A stretch of 64,000 nucleotides of DNA, from the NCBI GenBank assembly GCA_965203295.1, contig CBDBCZ010000015.1, positions 1,088,001-1,152,000 on the forward strand, written 5' to 3'. A program made the position numbers and the translations under genes. The notes under the pieces are model-generated. The model saw only the letters and a program-made list of their open reading frames with translations. It was not told the origin of the DNA and ran no database searches. This document shows, in pieces, positions 23,501 through 38,639 of this stretch (within the stretch, counting starts at the first letter, position 1; every line of letters starts with the position of its first letter). The stretch comes from Nitrospirales bacterium (GTDB lineage Bacteria; Nitrospirota; Nitrospiria; Nitrospirales; UBA8639).

Positions 23501-26500
23501 AGCTACCATTTATCTGACACTTCCCAACTGTTTAGAAAAAGAGCTGGTTATTCAAAGGCTAGTTTAGTTTGAATGATGTTAGTCAAATACAATAATCCTT
23601 AGGAAGTATCGATGTTCAAGAAAGGAACTGGTTATTCTAAGGCTTGTTTTGTTTGCTTGATGTTAGTTTGCAGATTAGAAAAGAAGTATTTTATTGAAAA
23701 TCGTTAGTTTTGTTGGTCTCTAGCAAAGACTTTGAGCCAAAGTAACTAGCTACCATTGATCTGACCCTTTCCAAGTATTTAGGAAAAGAACTGGTTATGC
23801 AAAGGCTTGTTTAGTTTAAATGATGTTAGTATGATACAATACATGCTTAGGAAGTATCGATGTTCAAGAAAGGAACTGGTTATTCAAAGGCTTGTTTAGT
23901 TTGGTTGATGTTAGTCTGAAGAATAGGAATGAAGGATTATATTGAAAATTGTTAGTTTTGTTGGTCTCTAGCAATGACTTTAAGCCGAAGTAACTAGCTA
24001 CCATTGATCTGACCCTTCCCAACTGTTTAGAAAAAGAACTGGTTATTCAAAGGCTTATTTATTTTTAATGATGTTAGTCAAATAAAATACATGCCTAAGA
24101 AGTATCGATGTTCAAGAAAGGAACTTGTTATTCAAAGGCTTGTTTAGTTTTGTTGATGTTTGTCTGAAGATTAGGAAAGAAGGATTTATTGAAAATTGTT
24201 AGTTTTGTTGGTCTCTGGCAAAGACTTTAAGCCAAAGTAACAAGCTATCATTGATCTGACCCTTCCCAACTGTTTAGGAAAAGAATTGGTTATGCAAAGG
24301 CTTGTTTAGTTTGAATGATGTTAGTCAGATACAATATATGCTTAGGAAGTATCGATGTTCTAGAAAGGAACTGGTTATTCAAAAGCCGGTTTAGTTTGGT
24401 TGATGTTAGTCTGAAGATTAGGAAAGAAGAATTTTTCTCAAAAATTGTTATTTTTTTTGTCTCTGGCAAAGACTTTAAGCCAAAGTAACTAGCTACCATT
24501 GATCTGACTCTTCCCAACTGTTTAGGAAAAGAATTGGTTATGCAAAGGCCTGTTTAGTTTGAATGATGTTAGTCAGATACAATATATGCTTAGGAAGTAT
24601 CGATGTTCTAGAAAGGAACTGGTTATTCAAAAGCCGGTTTAGTTTGGTTGATGTTAGTCTGAAGATTAGGAAAGAAGAATTTTTCTCAAAAATTGTTATT
24701 TTTTTTGTCTCTGGCAAAGACTTTAAGCCAAAGTAACTAGCTAACATTGATCTGACCCTTCCCAACTGTTTAGTAAACGAACTGGTTATTCAAAGGCTAG
24801 TTTAGTTTGAATGATGTTAGTCAAATACAATACATCCTTAGGAAGTATCGATGTTCAAGAAAGTAACTGGTTTTTCAAAGGCTTGTTTAGTTTGGTTGAT
24901 GTTAGTCTGTATGTATCATTGATCTGACCCTTCCCAACTGTTTAGGAAAAGAATTGGTTATGCAAAGGCTTGTTTAGTTTGAATGATGTTAGTCAGATAC
25001 AATATATGCTTAGGAAGTATCGATGTTCTAGAAAGGAACTGGTTATTCAAAAGCCGGTTTAGTTTGGTTGATGTTAGTCTGAAGATTAGGAAAGAAGAAT
25101 TTTTCTCAAAAATTGTTATTTTTTTTGTCTCTGGCAAAGACTTTAAGCCAAAGTAACTAGCTACCATTGATCTGACTCTTCCCAACTGTTTAGTAAACGA
25201 ACTGGTTATTCAAAGGCTAGTTTAGTTTGAATGATGTTAGTCAAATACAATACATCCTTAGGAAGTATCGATGTTCAAGAAAGTAACTGGTTTTTCAAAG
25301 GCTTGTTTAGTTTGGTTGATGTTAGTCTGCAGATTAGGAAAGAAGTATTTTATAGAAAATCGTTAGTTTTGTTGGTCTCTAGCAAAGACTTTGAGCCAAA
25401 GTAACTAGCTACCATTGATCTTACCCTTCCTAACTGTTTAGGAAAAGAACTGGTTATTCAAAGGCTTGTTTAGTTTAAATGATGTTAGTCGGATTCAATA
25501 CATGCTTAGGAAATATTAATGTTCAAGAAAGGAACTTGTTATTCAAAGGCTTGTTTAGTTTGGTTGATGTTAGTCAAATACAATACATGCCTAGGAAGTA
25601 TCGATGTTCAAGAAAGGAACTAGTTATTCAAAGGCTTGTTTAGTTTGGTTGATGTGTGTCTGAAGATTAGGAAAGAAGGATTTATTGAAAATTGTTAGTT
25701 TTGTTTGTTTCTGGCAAAGACTTTAAGCCAAAGTAACAAGCTATTATTGATCTGACCCTTCCCAACTGTTTAGGAAAAGAATTGGTTATGCAAAGGCTTT
25801 TTTAGTTTGGTTGATGTTAGTCTGCAGATTAGGAAAGAAGTATTTTATAGAAAATCGTTAGTTTTGTTGGTCTCTAGCAAAGACTTTGAGCCAAAGTAAC
25901 TAGCTACCATTGATCTGACCCTTCCCAACTGTTTAGGAAAAGAACTCATTATTCAAAGGCTTGTTTAGTTGAAATGATGTTAGTCAGATTCAATACATGC
26001 TTAGGAAGTATCAATATTCAAGAAAGGAACTGGTTATTCAAAGGCTTGTTTAATTTGGTAGATGTTAGTCTGAAGATTAGGAAAGAAGGATTTTATTGAA
26101 AATTGTTATTTTGTTGGTCTCTAGCAATGACTTTAAGCCGAAGTAACTAGCTACCATTGATCTGACCCTTCCCAACTGTTTAGAAAAAGAACTGGTTATT
26201 CAAAGGCTTGTTTAGTTTGAATGATGTTAGTCAGATACAATACATGCCTAGGAAGTATCGATGTTCAAGAAAGGAAGTTGTTATTCATAGGCTTGTTTAG
26301 TTTTGTTGATGTTTGTCTGAAGATTAGGAAAGAAGGATTTATTGAAAATTGTTAGTTTTGTTGTTCTCTGGCAAAGACTTTAAGCCAAAGTAACAAGCTA
26401 CCCTTGATCTGACCCTTCCCAACTGTTTAGGAAAAGAACTTGTTATGAAAAGGCTTGTTTAGTTTGAATGATGTTAGTCAGATACAATACATGCCTAGGA

Positions 26501-29500
26501 AGTATCCATGTTCAATAAAGGAACTTGTTATTCAAAGGCTTGTTTAGTTTGGTCGATGTTAGTCTGAAGATTAGGAAAGAAGAATTTTACTCAAAAATTG
26601 TTATTTTTTTTGTCTCTGGCAAAGACTTTAAGCCAATGTAAGTAGCTACCATTGATCTGACCTTTCCCAACTGTTTAGGAAACGAACTGGTTATTCAAAG
26701 GCTTGTTTAGTTTGAATGATGTTAGTCAGATACAATACATGCTTAGGAAGTATCTATGTTCAAGAAAGGAACTGGTTATTCAAAGGCTTGTTTAGTTCGG
26801 TTGATGTTAGTCTGAAGATTAGGAAAGAAGGATTTTATTGAAAATTGTTAGTTTTGTTGGTCTCAGGCAAAGACTTTCAGCCAAAGTAACTGGCTACCAT
26901 TGATCTAACCCTTCCCAACTGTTTAGGAAAAGAACCTGTTATTCAAAGGCTTGTTTAGTTTGAATGATGTTAGTCAGATACCATACATGCTTAGGAAGTA
27001 TCGATGTTCAAGAAAGGAACTGGTTATTCAAAGGCTTGTTTAGTTTGCTTGATGTTAGTCTGCAGATTAGGAAAGAAGTATTTTATAGATAATCGATAGT
27101 TTTGTTGGTCTCTAGCAAAGACTTTGAGCCAAAGTAACTAGCTACCATTAATCCGACCCTTCCCAACTGTTTAGAAAAAGAACTGGTTATTCAAAGGCTT
27201 GTTTAGTTTGAATTATGTTAGTCAAATACAATACATGCCTAAGAAGTATCGATGTTCAAGAAAGGAACTTGTTATTCAAATGCTTGTTTAGTTTGGTTGA
27301 TGTTTGTCTGAAGATTAGGAAAGAAGGATTTCATTGAAAATTCTTAGATTTGTTGGTCTCTGGCAAAGACTTTAAGCCAAAGACACTAGCTACCATTTAT
27401 CTGACCCTCCCCAACTGTTTAGAAAAAGAACTGATTATTCAAAGGCTTATTTAGTTTGAATGATGTTAGTCAGATACAATACACGCTTAGCAAGTATCGA
27501 TGTTCAAGAAAGGAACTTGTTATTCAAGGGCTTGTTTAGTTTTGTTGATGTTAGTCTGAAGATTAGGAAAGAAGGATTTTATTGAAAATTGTTAGTTTTG
27601 TTGGTCTCTAGCAAAGACTTTATGCCAAAGTAACTAGCTACCATTGATCTGACCCTTCCCAACTGTTTAGGAAAAGAACTGGTTATTCAAAGGCTTATTT
27701 AGTTTGAATGATGTTAGTCTGAAGATTAGGAAAGAAGGATTTTATTGAAAATTGTTAGTTTTGTTGATCTCTAGCAAAGACTTTAAGCCAAAGTCACTAG
27801 CTACCATTGATCTGACCCTTCCCAACTGTTTAGAAAAAGGGCTGGTTATTCAAAGGCTTATTTGGTTTGAATGATATTAGTCAGATACAATACATGCTTA
27901 GGAAGTATCAATGTTCAAGAAAGGAACTGGTTATTCAAAGGCCTGTTTAGCTTGAATGATGTTAGTCAGATACAATACACGCTTAGGAAGTATCGATGTT
28001 CAAGAAAGGAACTGGTTATTCAAAGGCTTGTTTAGTTTAGTTGATGTTAGTTGAAGATTAGGAAAGGAGGATTTCATTGAAAATTGTTAGTTTTGTTGGT
28101 CTCAGGTAAAGACTTTCAGCCAATGTATCTAGCTACCATTGATCTGACCCCACCCAACTGTCTTAGAAAGGAACTGGTTTATGATTCAACATTTGTTTAG
28201 TTTAAATGATGTTTATCAGATTCAATACATACATGCTTAGAAAGTAAGGGTTTTCACTAATAATTGGTACAATTTTAGCTTTATTGGTCTCAGGAAACTT
28301 TCAGTCAAAACAACTAGCTACCATTGATCTGACCCTTCCCAACTGTCTAGGAAAGAAATTGGTTTAAGATTTAATAGCTTGTTTAGTTTGAATGATGTTA
28401 GTCGGAAACAATACATGCTTAGGAAGTATCGATGTTCAAGACCGGAACTGGTTATTCAAAGGCTTGTTTAGTTTGGTTGATGTTAGTCTGAAGATTAGGA
28501 AAGAAGGATTTCATTGAAAATTGTTAGATTTGTTGGTCTCTGGCAAAGACTTTAAGCCAAATTCACTAGCTACCATTGATCTGACCCTTCCCAACTGTTT
28601 AGAAAAAGAACTGGTTATTCAAAGGCTTGTTTAGTTGGAATGATGTTAGTCAAATACAATACATACCTAGGAAGTATCGATGTTCAAGAAAGGAACTGGT
28701 TATTCAAAGGCCTGTGTAGTTTGAATGATGTTAGTCTGAAGATTAGGAAAGAAGGATTTTAATGAAAATTATTAGTTTTGTTGGTCTCTAGCAAAGACTT
28801 TAAGCCAAAGTAACTAGCTATCATTTATCTTACCCTTCCTAACTGTTTAGAAAAAGAACTGGTTATTCAAAGGCCTGTTTAGTTTTGTTGATGTTAGCCG
28901 GAAGTTTAGGAATGAAGGATTTTATTGAAAATTGTTAGTTTATTTGGTCTCTAGCAAAGACTTTAAGCCAAAAATAACTAGCTGCCATTGATCTGACCCT
29001 TCCCAACTGTTTAGGAAAAGAACTGGTTATTCAAAGGCTTGTTTAGTTTGAATGATGTTAGTCTGAAGATTAGGAAAGAAGGATTTTATTGAATATTGTT
29101 AATTTTGTTGGTCTTTAGCAAAGACTTTAAGCCAAAGTAACTAGCTACCATTTATCTGACCCTTCCCAACTGTTTATAAAAAGAGCTGGTTATTCAAAGG
29201 CTAGTTTAGTTTGAATGATGTTAGTCAAATACAATAATCCTTAGGAAGTATCGATGTTCAAGAAAGGAACTGGTTTTTCAAAGGCTTGTTTAGTTTGGTT
29301 GATGTTAGTCTGAAGATTAGGAAAGAAGTATTTTTATGAAAATTATTAGTTTTGTTGGTCTCTAGCAAAGACTTTAAGCCAAAGTTACTAGCTACCTTTG
29401 ATCTGACCCTTCCCAACTATTTAGAAAAAGAGCTGGTTATTCAAAAGCTTGTTTAATTTGAATGATGTTAGTCTGAAGATTAGGAAAGAAGGATTTTATT

Positions 29501-32500
29501 GAAAATTGTTAGTTTTGTTGGTCTCTAGCAAAGACTTTAAGCCAAAGTAACTAGCTACCATTTATCTGACCCTTCCGAACTGTATAGAAAAAGAACTGGT
29601 TATTCAAAGGCCTGTTTAGTTTTGTTGACGTTAGCCTGAAGATTAGGAAAGAAGGATTTTATTGAAAATTGTTAGTTTTGTTGGTCTCTAGCAAAGACTT
29701 TAAGCCAAAGTAACTAGCTACCATTGATCTGACCCTTCCCAACTGTTTAGGAAAAGAACTTGTTATTCAAAGGCTTGTTTAGTTTGAATTATGTTAGTCT
29801 GCAGATTAGGAAAGAAGGATATTATTGAAAATTGTTAGTTTTGTTGGTCTCTAGCAAAGACTTTAAGCCAAAGTCACTAGCTACCATTGATCTGACCCTT
29901 CCCAACTGTTTATAAAAAGAGCTGGTTATTCAAAGGCTAGTTTAGTTTGAATGATGTTAGTAAAATACAATAATCCTTAGGAAGTATCGATGTTCAAGAA
30001 AGGAACTGGTTTTTCAAAGGCTTGTTTAGTTTGGTTGATGTTAGTCTGAAGATTAGGAAAGAAGTATTTTTATGAAAATTATTAGTTTTGTTGGTCTCTA
30101 GCAAAGACTTTAAGCCAAAGTTACTGGCTACCTTTGATCTGACCCTTCCCAACTATTTAGAAAAAGAGCTGGTTATTCAAAAGCTTGTTTAATTTGAATG
30201 ATGTTAGTCTGAAGATTAGGAAAGAAGGATTTTATTGAAAATTGTTAGTTTTGATGGTCTCTAGCAAAGACTTTAAGCCAAAGTAACTAGCTACCATTTA
30301 TCTGACCCTTCCGAACTGTTTAGAAAAAGAACTGGTTATTCAAAGGCCTGTTTAGTTTTGTTGACGTTAGCCTGAAGATTAGGAAAGAAGGATTTTATTG
30401 AAAATTGTTAGTTTTGTTGGTCTCTAGCAAAGACTTTAAGCCAAAGTAACTAGCTACCATTGATCTGACCCTTCCCAACTGTTTAGGAAAAGAACTTGTT
30501 ATTCAAAGGCTTGTTTAGTTTGAATTATGTTAGTCTGAAGATTAGGAAAGAAGGATTTTATTGAAAATTGTTAGTTTTGTTGGTCTCTAGCAAAGACTTT
30601 AAGCCAAAGTCACTAGCTACCATTGATCTGACCCTTCCCAACTGTTTTGGAAAAGAACTGGTTATTCAAAGGCTTATTTAGTTTGAATGATGTTAGTCAT
30701 ATACAATACACGCTTAGGAAGTATCGATGTTCAAGAAAGGAACTTGTTATATATTCAAAGGCTTGTTTAGTTTGGTTGATGTTAGTCTGAAGATTAGGAA
30801 AGAAGGATTTTATATAAAATTGTTAGTTTTGTTGATCTCAGGCAAAGACTTTCAGCCAAAGTAAATGGCTACCATTGATCTGACCCTTCCCAACTGTTTA
30901 GGAAAAGAACCTGTTATTCAAAGGCTTGTTTAGTTTGAATGATGTTAGTCAGATACAATACATGCTTAGGAAGTATCGATGCTCAAGAAAGGAACTGGTT
31001 ATTCAAAGGCCGGTTTAGTTTGGTTGATGTTAGTCTGAAGATTAGGAAAGAAGGATTTTATTTAAAATTGTTAGTTTTGTTGATCTCAGGCAAAGACTTT
31101 CAGCCAAAGTAACTAGCTACCATTTATCTGACCCTTCCCAACTGTTTAGGAAAAGAATCTGTTATTCAAAGGCTTGTTTAGTTTGAATGATGTTAGTCAG
31201 ATACAATACATGCTTAGGAAGTATCGTTGTTCAAGAAAGGAACTGGTTATTCAAAGGCTAGTTTAGTTTGGTTGATGTTAGTCTACAGATTAGGATAGAA
31301 GGATTTTATTGAAAATTGTTAGTTTTGTTTGTCTCTAGCAGAGACTTTGAGCCAAAGACACTAGCTACCATTGATTAGGAAAGAAGGATTTTATTGAAAA
31401 TTGTTAGTTTTGTTGGCCTCTAGCAAAGACTTTAAGCCAAAGTAACTAGCTACCATTGATCTGACCCTTCCCAACTGTTTAGGAAAAGAACTTGTTATTC
31501 AAAGGCTTGTTTAGTTTGAATGAAGTTAGTTTGAAGATTAGGAAAGAAGGATTTTATTAAAAATTGTTAGTTTTGTTGGTCTCTAGCAATTACTTTAAGC
31601 CAAAGTAACAAGCTACCATTTATCAGACCCTTCCGAACTGTTTAGAAAAAGAACTGGTTATTCAAAAGCCTGTTTAGTTTTGTTGATTTTAGCCTTAAGA
31701 TTAGGAAAGAAGGATTTTATTGAAAATTGATAGTTTTGTTGGTCTCTAGCAAAGACTTTAAGCCAAAGTCACTAGCTACCATTTATCTGACCCTTCCCAA
31801 CTGTTTTAAAAAAGAACTGGTTATTCAAAGGCCTGTTTAGTTTTGTTGACGTTAGCCTGAAGATTAGGAAAGAAGGATTTTATTGAAAATTGTTAGTTTT
31901 GTTGGTCTCTAGCAAAGACTTTAAGCCAAAGTCACTAGCTACCATTTATCTGACCCTTCCCAACATTTTTGGAAAAGAACTGGTTATTCAAAGGCTTATT
32001 TAGTTTGAATGATGTAAGTCATATACAATACACGCTTAGGAAGTATTGATGTTCAAGAAAGGAACTTGTTATATATTCAAAGGCTTGTTTAGTTTTGTTG
32101 ATGTTAGTCTGAAGATTAGGAAAGAAGGATTTTATTGAAAATTGTTAGTTTTGTTGATCTCAGGCATAGACTTTCAGCCAAAGTAAATGGCTACCATTGA
32201 TCTGACCCTTCCCAACTGTTTAGGAAAAGAACCTGTTATTCAAAGGCTTGTTTAGTTTGAATGATGTTAGTCAGATACAATACATGCTTAGGAAGTATCG
32301 ATGTTCAAGAAAGGAACTGGTTATTCAAAGGCTTGTTTAGTTTGGTTGATGTTAGTCTGCAGATTAGGAAAGAAGGATTTTATTGAAAATTGTTAGGTTT
32401 GTTGGTCTCTAGAAAAGACTTTAAGCCAAAGTCACTAGCTACCATTTATCTGACCCTTCCCAACTGTTTAGAAAAAGAGCTGGTTATTCAAAGGCTAGTT

Positions 32501-32949
32501 TAGTTTGAATGATGTTAGTCAAATACAATAATCCTTAGGAAGTATCGATGTTCAAGAAAGGAACTGGTTATTCAAAGGCTTGTTTAGTTTTCTTGATGTT
32601 TGTCTGCAGATTAGAAAAGAAGTATTTTATAGAAAATCGTTAGTTTTGTTGGTCTCTAGCAAAGACTTTGAGCCAAAGTAACTAGCTACCATTGATCTGA
32701 CCCTTCCCAACTGTTTAGGAAAAGAACTGGTGATTCAAAGGCTTGTTTAGTTTAAATTATGTTAGTCGCATACAATACATGCTTAGGAAGTATCGATGCT
32801 CAAGAAAGGAACTGTTTATTCAAAGGCTTGTTTAGTTTGGTTGATGTTAGTCTGCAGATTAGGATAGAAGGATTTTATAGAAAATTGTTAGTTTTGTTGG
32901 TCTCTAGCAAAGACTTTAAGCCAAAGTAACTAGCTACCATTGATTAGGA

Positions 32950-35900
32950 AAGAAGGATTTTATTGAAGATTGTTAGTTTTGTTGGTCTCTAGCAAAGACT
33001 TTAAGCCAAAGTAACTATCTACCATTGATCTGACCCTTCCCAACTGTTTAGGAAAAGAAGTTGTTATTCAAAGGCTTGTTTAGTTTGAATGATGTTAGTC
33101 AGAAGATTAGGAAAGAAGGATTTTATTGAAAATTGTTAGTTTTGTTGGTTTCTCGCAACGACTTTAAGCCAAAGTAACTAGCTACCATTTATCTGACCAT
33201 GCTTAGGAAGTATCGATGTTCAAGAAAGGAACTGGTTATTCAAAGGCTTGTTTAGTTTGGTTGATATTAGTCTGCAGATTAGGAAAGAAGGATTTTATTG
33301 AAAATTGTTAGTTTTGTTGGTCTCTAGCAAAGAATTTAAGCCAAAGTAACTAGCTACCATTGATCTGACCCTTCCCAACTATTTAGGAAAAGAGCTGGTT
33401 ATTCAAAGGCTTGTTTAGTTTGCTTGATGTTAGTCTGCACATAAGGAAAAAAGTATTTTATAGAAAATCGTTAGTTTTGTTAGTCTCTAGCAAAGACTTT
33501 GAGCCTAAGTAACTAGCTACCATTGATCTGACCCTTCCCAACTGTTTAGGAAAAGAACTTATTATTCAAAGGCTTGTTTAGTTTGAATGAAGTTAGTTTG
33601 AAGATTAGGAAAGAAGGATTTTATTAAAAATTGTTAGTTTTGTTGGTCTCTAGCAAAGACTTTAAGCCAAAGTAACAAGCTACCATTTATCAGACCCTTC
33701 AGAACTGTTTAGAAAAAGAACTGGTTATTCAAAAGCCTGTTTAGTTTTATTGACGTTAGCCTTAAGATTAGGAAAGAAGGATTTTATTGAAAATTGTTGC
33801 TTTTGTTGGTCTCTAGCAAAGACTTTAAGCCAAAAGTCACTAGCTACCATTGATCTGACCCTTCCCAACTGTTTAGAAAAAGAGCTGGTTATTTAAAGGC
33901 TTGTTGTGTTTTAATGATATTAGTCAAATACAATACATGCTTAGGAAGTATCAATGTTCAAGAAAGAAACTGGTTATTCAAAGGCTTGTTTAGTTTGGTT
34001 GATGTTAGTCTGAAGATTAGGAAAGAAGGATTTTATAGAAATTTGTTAGTTTTGTTGGTCTCAGGCAAAGACTTTCAGCTAAAGTAACTGGCTACCATTG
34101 ATCTGACCCTTCCCAACTGTTTTGGAAAATAACTGGTTATTCAAAGGCTTATTTAGTTTGAATGATGTTAGTCATATACAATACACGCTTAGGAAGTATC
34201 GATGTTCAAGAAAGGAACTTGTTATTCAAAGGCTTGTTTAGTTTGGTTGATGTTAGTCTGAAGATTAGGAAAGAAGGATTTTATTTAAAATTGTTAGTTT
34301 TGTTGATCTCAGGCAAAGACTTTCAGCCAAAGTAAATGGCTACCATTGATCTGACCCTTCCCAACTGTTTAGGAAAAGAACCTGTTATTCAAAGGCTTGT
34401 TTAGTTTGAATGATGTTAGTCAGATACAATACATGCCTAGGAAGTATCGATGTTCAAGAAAGGAACTATTTATTCAAAGGCTTGTTTAGTTTGGTTGATG
34501 TTTGTCTGAAGATTAGGAAAGAAGGATTTTATTGAAGATTGTTAGTTTTGTTGGTCTCTAGCAAAGACTTTAAGCCAAAGTAACTATCTACCATTGATCT
34601 GACCCTTCCCAACTGTTTAGGAAAAGAAGTTGTTATTCAAAGGCTTGTTTAGTTTGAATGATGTTAGTCAGACGATTAGGAAAGAAGGATTTTATTGAAA
34701 ATTGTTAGTTTTGTTGGTTTCTCGCAAAGACTTTAAGCCAAAGTAACTAGCTACCATTTATCTGACCATGCTTAGGAAGTATCGATGTTCAAGAAAGGAA
34801 CTGGTTATTCAAAGGCTTGTTTAGTTTGGTTGATATTAGTCTGCAGATTAGGAAAGAAGGATTTTATTGAAAATTGTTAGTTTTGTTGGTCTCTAGCAAA
34901 GAATTTAAGCCAAAGTAACTAGCTACCATTGATCTGACCCTTTCCAACTATTTTAGGAAAAGAGCTGGTTATTCAAAGGCTTGTTTAGTTTGCTTGATGT
35001 TAGTCTGCACATTAGGAAAAAAGTATTTTATAGAAAATCGTTAGTTTTGTTAGTCTCTAGCAAAGACTTTGAGCCTAAGTAACTAGCTACCATTGATCTG
35101 ACCCTTCCCAACTGTTTAGGAAAAGAACTTGTTATTCAAAGGCTTGTTTAGTTTGAATGAAGTTAGTTTGAAGATTAGGAAAGAAAGATTTTATTAAAAA
35201 TTGTTAGTTTTGTTGGTCTCTAGCAAAGACTTTAAGCCAAAGTAACAAGCTACCATTTATCAGACCCTTCAGAACTGTTTAGAAAAAGAACTGGTTATTC
35301 AAAAGCCTGTTTAGTTTTGTTGACGTTAGCCTTAAGATTAGGAAAGAAGGATTTTATTGAAAATTGTTGCTTTTGTTGGTCTCTAGCAAAGACTTTTAAG
35401 CCAAAAGTCACTAGCTACCATTGAACTTACCCTTCCCAACTGTTTAGAAAAAGAGCTGGTTATTTAAAGGCTTGTTATGTTTTAATGATATTAGTCAAAT
35501 ACAATACATGCTTAGGAAGTATCAATGTTCAAGAAAGAAACTGGTTATTCAAAGGCTTGTTTAGTTTGGTTGATGTTAGTCTGAAGATTAGGAAAGAAGG
35601 ATTTTATAGAAATTTGTTAGTTTTGTTGGTCTCAGGCAAAGACTTTCAGCTAAAGTAACTGGCTACCATTGATCTGACCCTTCCCAACTGTTTTGGAAAA
35701 TAACTGGTTATTCAAAGGCTTATTTAGTTTGAATGATGTTAGTCATATACAATACACGCTTAGGAAGTATCGATGTTCAAGAAAGGAACTTGTTATTCAA
35801 AGGCTTGTTTAGTTTGGTTGATGTTAGTCTGAAGATTAGGAAAGAAGGATTTTATTTAAAATTGTTAGTTTTGTTGATCTCAGGCAAAGACTTTCAGCCA

Positions 35901-36090
35901 AAGTAAATGGCTACCATTGATCTGACCCTTCCCAACTGTTTAGGAAAAGAACCTGTTATTCAAAGGCTTGTTTAGTTTGAATGATGTTAGTCAGATACAA
36001 TACATGCCTAGGAAGTATCGATGTTCAAGAAAGGAACTATTTATTCAAAGGCTTGTTTAGTTTGGTTGATGTTTGTCTGAAGATTAGGAA
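32950..36090 (+). repeat. ~1.57-kb tandem duplication within array 1
   Basis: tattgaagattg at 32961 and 34530; deletion junction atctgaccatgcttagg at 33191 and 34760 (offset 1569). Confidence 0.85.
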
Positions 36091-38639
36091 AGAAGGATTT
36101 TATTGAAAATTGTTAGTTTTTTTGGTCTCTAGCAAAGACTTTAAGCCAAAGTAACTAGCTACCATTTATCTGACCCTTCCTAACTGTTTAGAAAAAGAAC
36201 TGGTTTTTCAAAGGCCTGTTTAGTTTTGTTGACGTTAGCCTGAAGATTAGGAAAGAAGGATTTTATTGAAAATTGTTAGTTTTGTTGGTATCTAGCAAAG
36301 ACTTTAAGCCAAAGTAACTAGCTACCATTGATCTGACCCTTCCCAACTGTTTAGGAAAAGAACTTGTTATTCAAAGGCTTGTTTAGTTTGAATTATGTTA
36401 GTCTGAAGATTAGGAAAGAAGGATTTTATTGAAAATTGTTAGTTTTGTTGGTCTCTAGCAAAGACTTTAAGCCAAAGTCACTAGCTACCATTTATCTGAC
36501 CCTTCCCAACATTTTTGGAAAAGAACTGGTTATTCAAAGGCTTATTTAGTTTGAATGATGTAAGTCATATACAATACACGCTTAGGAAGTATTGATGTTC
36601 AAGAAAGGAACTTGTTATATATTCAAAGGCTTGTTTAGTTTTGTTGATGTTAGTCTGAAGATTAGGAAAGAAGGATTTTATTTAAAATTGTTAGTTTTGT
36701 TGATCTCAGGCAAAGACTTTCAGCCAAAGTAAATGGCTACCATTGATCTGACCCTTCCCAACTGTTTAGGATAAGAACTGTTATTCAAAGGCTTGTTTAG
36801 TTTGAATGATGTTAGTCAGATACAATACATGCTTAGGAAGTATCGATGTTCAAGAAAGGAACTGGTTATTCAAAGGCCGGTTGAGTTTGGTTGATGTTAG
36901 TCTGAAGATTAGGAAAGAAGAATTTTACTCAAAAATTGTTATTTTTTTGGTCTCTGGCAAAGACTTTAAGCCAAAGTAACTAGCTACCATTGATCTGACC
37001 CTTCCCAACTGGTTAGGAAACGAACTGGTTATTCAAAGGCTAGTTTAGTTTGAATGATGTTAGTCAAATACAATACATCCTTAGGAAGTATCGATGTTCA
37101 AGAAAGGAACTGGTTATTCAAAGGCTTGTTTAATTTGGTTGATGTTAGTCTGCAGATTAGGAAAGAAGGATTTTTTTGAAAATTGTTTGTTTTGTTGGTC
37201 TCTAGCAAAGACTTTAAGCCAAAGTCACTAGCTACCATTGATCTGACCCTTCCCAACTGTTTAGAAAAAGAGCTGGTTATTCAAAGGCTAGTTTAGTTTG
37301 AATGATGTTAGTCAAATACAATAATCCTAAGGAAGTATCGATGTTCAAGAAAGGAAGTGGTTATTTAAAGGCTTGTTTAGTTTGGTTGATGTTAGTCTGC
37401 AAATTAGGAAAGAAGTATTTTATAGAAAATCGTTAGTTTTGTTAGTCTCTAGCAAAGACTTTGAGCCAAAGTAACTAGCTACCATTGATCTGACCCTTCC
37501 CAACTGTTTTGGAAAAGAACTGTTTATTCAAAAGTTTATTTAGTTTGAATGATGTTAGTCATATACAATACATGCTTAGGAAGTATCGATGTTCAAGAAA
37601 GGAACTTGTTATTCAAAGGCTTGTTTAGTTTAGTTGATGTTAGTCTGAAGATTAGGAAAGAAGGATTTTATTTAAAATTGTTAGTTTTGTTAATCTCAGG
37701 CAAAGACTTTCAGCCAAAGTAACTAGCTACCATTGATCTGACCCTTCCCAACTGTATTGGAAAAGAACCTGTTATTCAAAGGCTTGTTTAGTTTGAATGA
37801 TGTTAGTCAGATACAATACATGCTTAGGAAGGATCGTTGTTCAAGAAAGGAACTGGTTATTCAAAGGCTAGTTTAGTTTGAATGATGTTAGTCAAATACA
37901 ATACATCCTTAGGAAGTATCGATGTTCAAGAAAGGAACTGGTTATTCAAAGGCTTGTTTAATTTCTTTGATGTTAGTCTGCAGATTAGGAAAGAAGTATT
38001 TTATAGAAAATCGTTAGTTTTGTTGGTCTCTAGCAAAGACTTTGAGCTAAAGTAACTAGCTACCATTGATCTGACCCTTCCGAACTGTTTAGAAAAAGAA
38101 CTGGTTATTCAAAGGCTTGTTTAGTTGGAATGATGTTAGTCAAATACAAAATATGCCTAGGAAGTATCGATGTTCAAGAAAGGAACTTGTTATTCAAATG
38201 CTTGTTTAGTTTGGTTGATGTTTGTCTGAAGATTAGGAAAGAAGGATTTCATTGAAAATTGTTAGTTTTGTTCATCTCAGGCAAAGACTTTCAGCCAAAG
38301 TAACTAGCTACCATTGATCTGACACTTCCCAACTGTTTAGGAAAAGAACCTGTTATTCAAAGGCTTGTTTAGTTTGCATGATGTTAGTCAGATACAATAC
38401 ATGCTTAGGAAGTATCGATGTTCAAGAAAAGAACTTGTTATTCAATGGCTTGTTTAGTTTGGTTGATGTTAGTCTGAAGTTTAGAAAAGAAGGATTTTAA
38501 TGTGAAATTATTAGATTTGTTTGTCTCTAGCAAAGACTTTAAGCCAAAGTTACTAGCTACATTTGATCTGACCCTTCCCAACTGTTTAGAAAAAGAGCTG
38601 GTTATTCAAAACCTTGTTTAGTTTGAATGATGTTAGTCT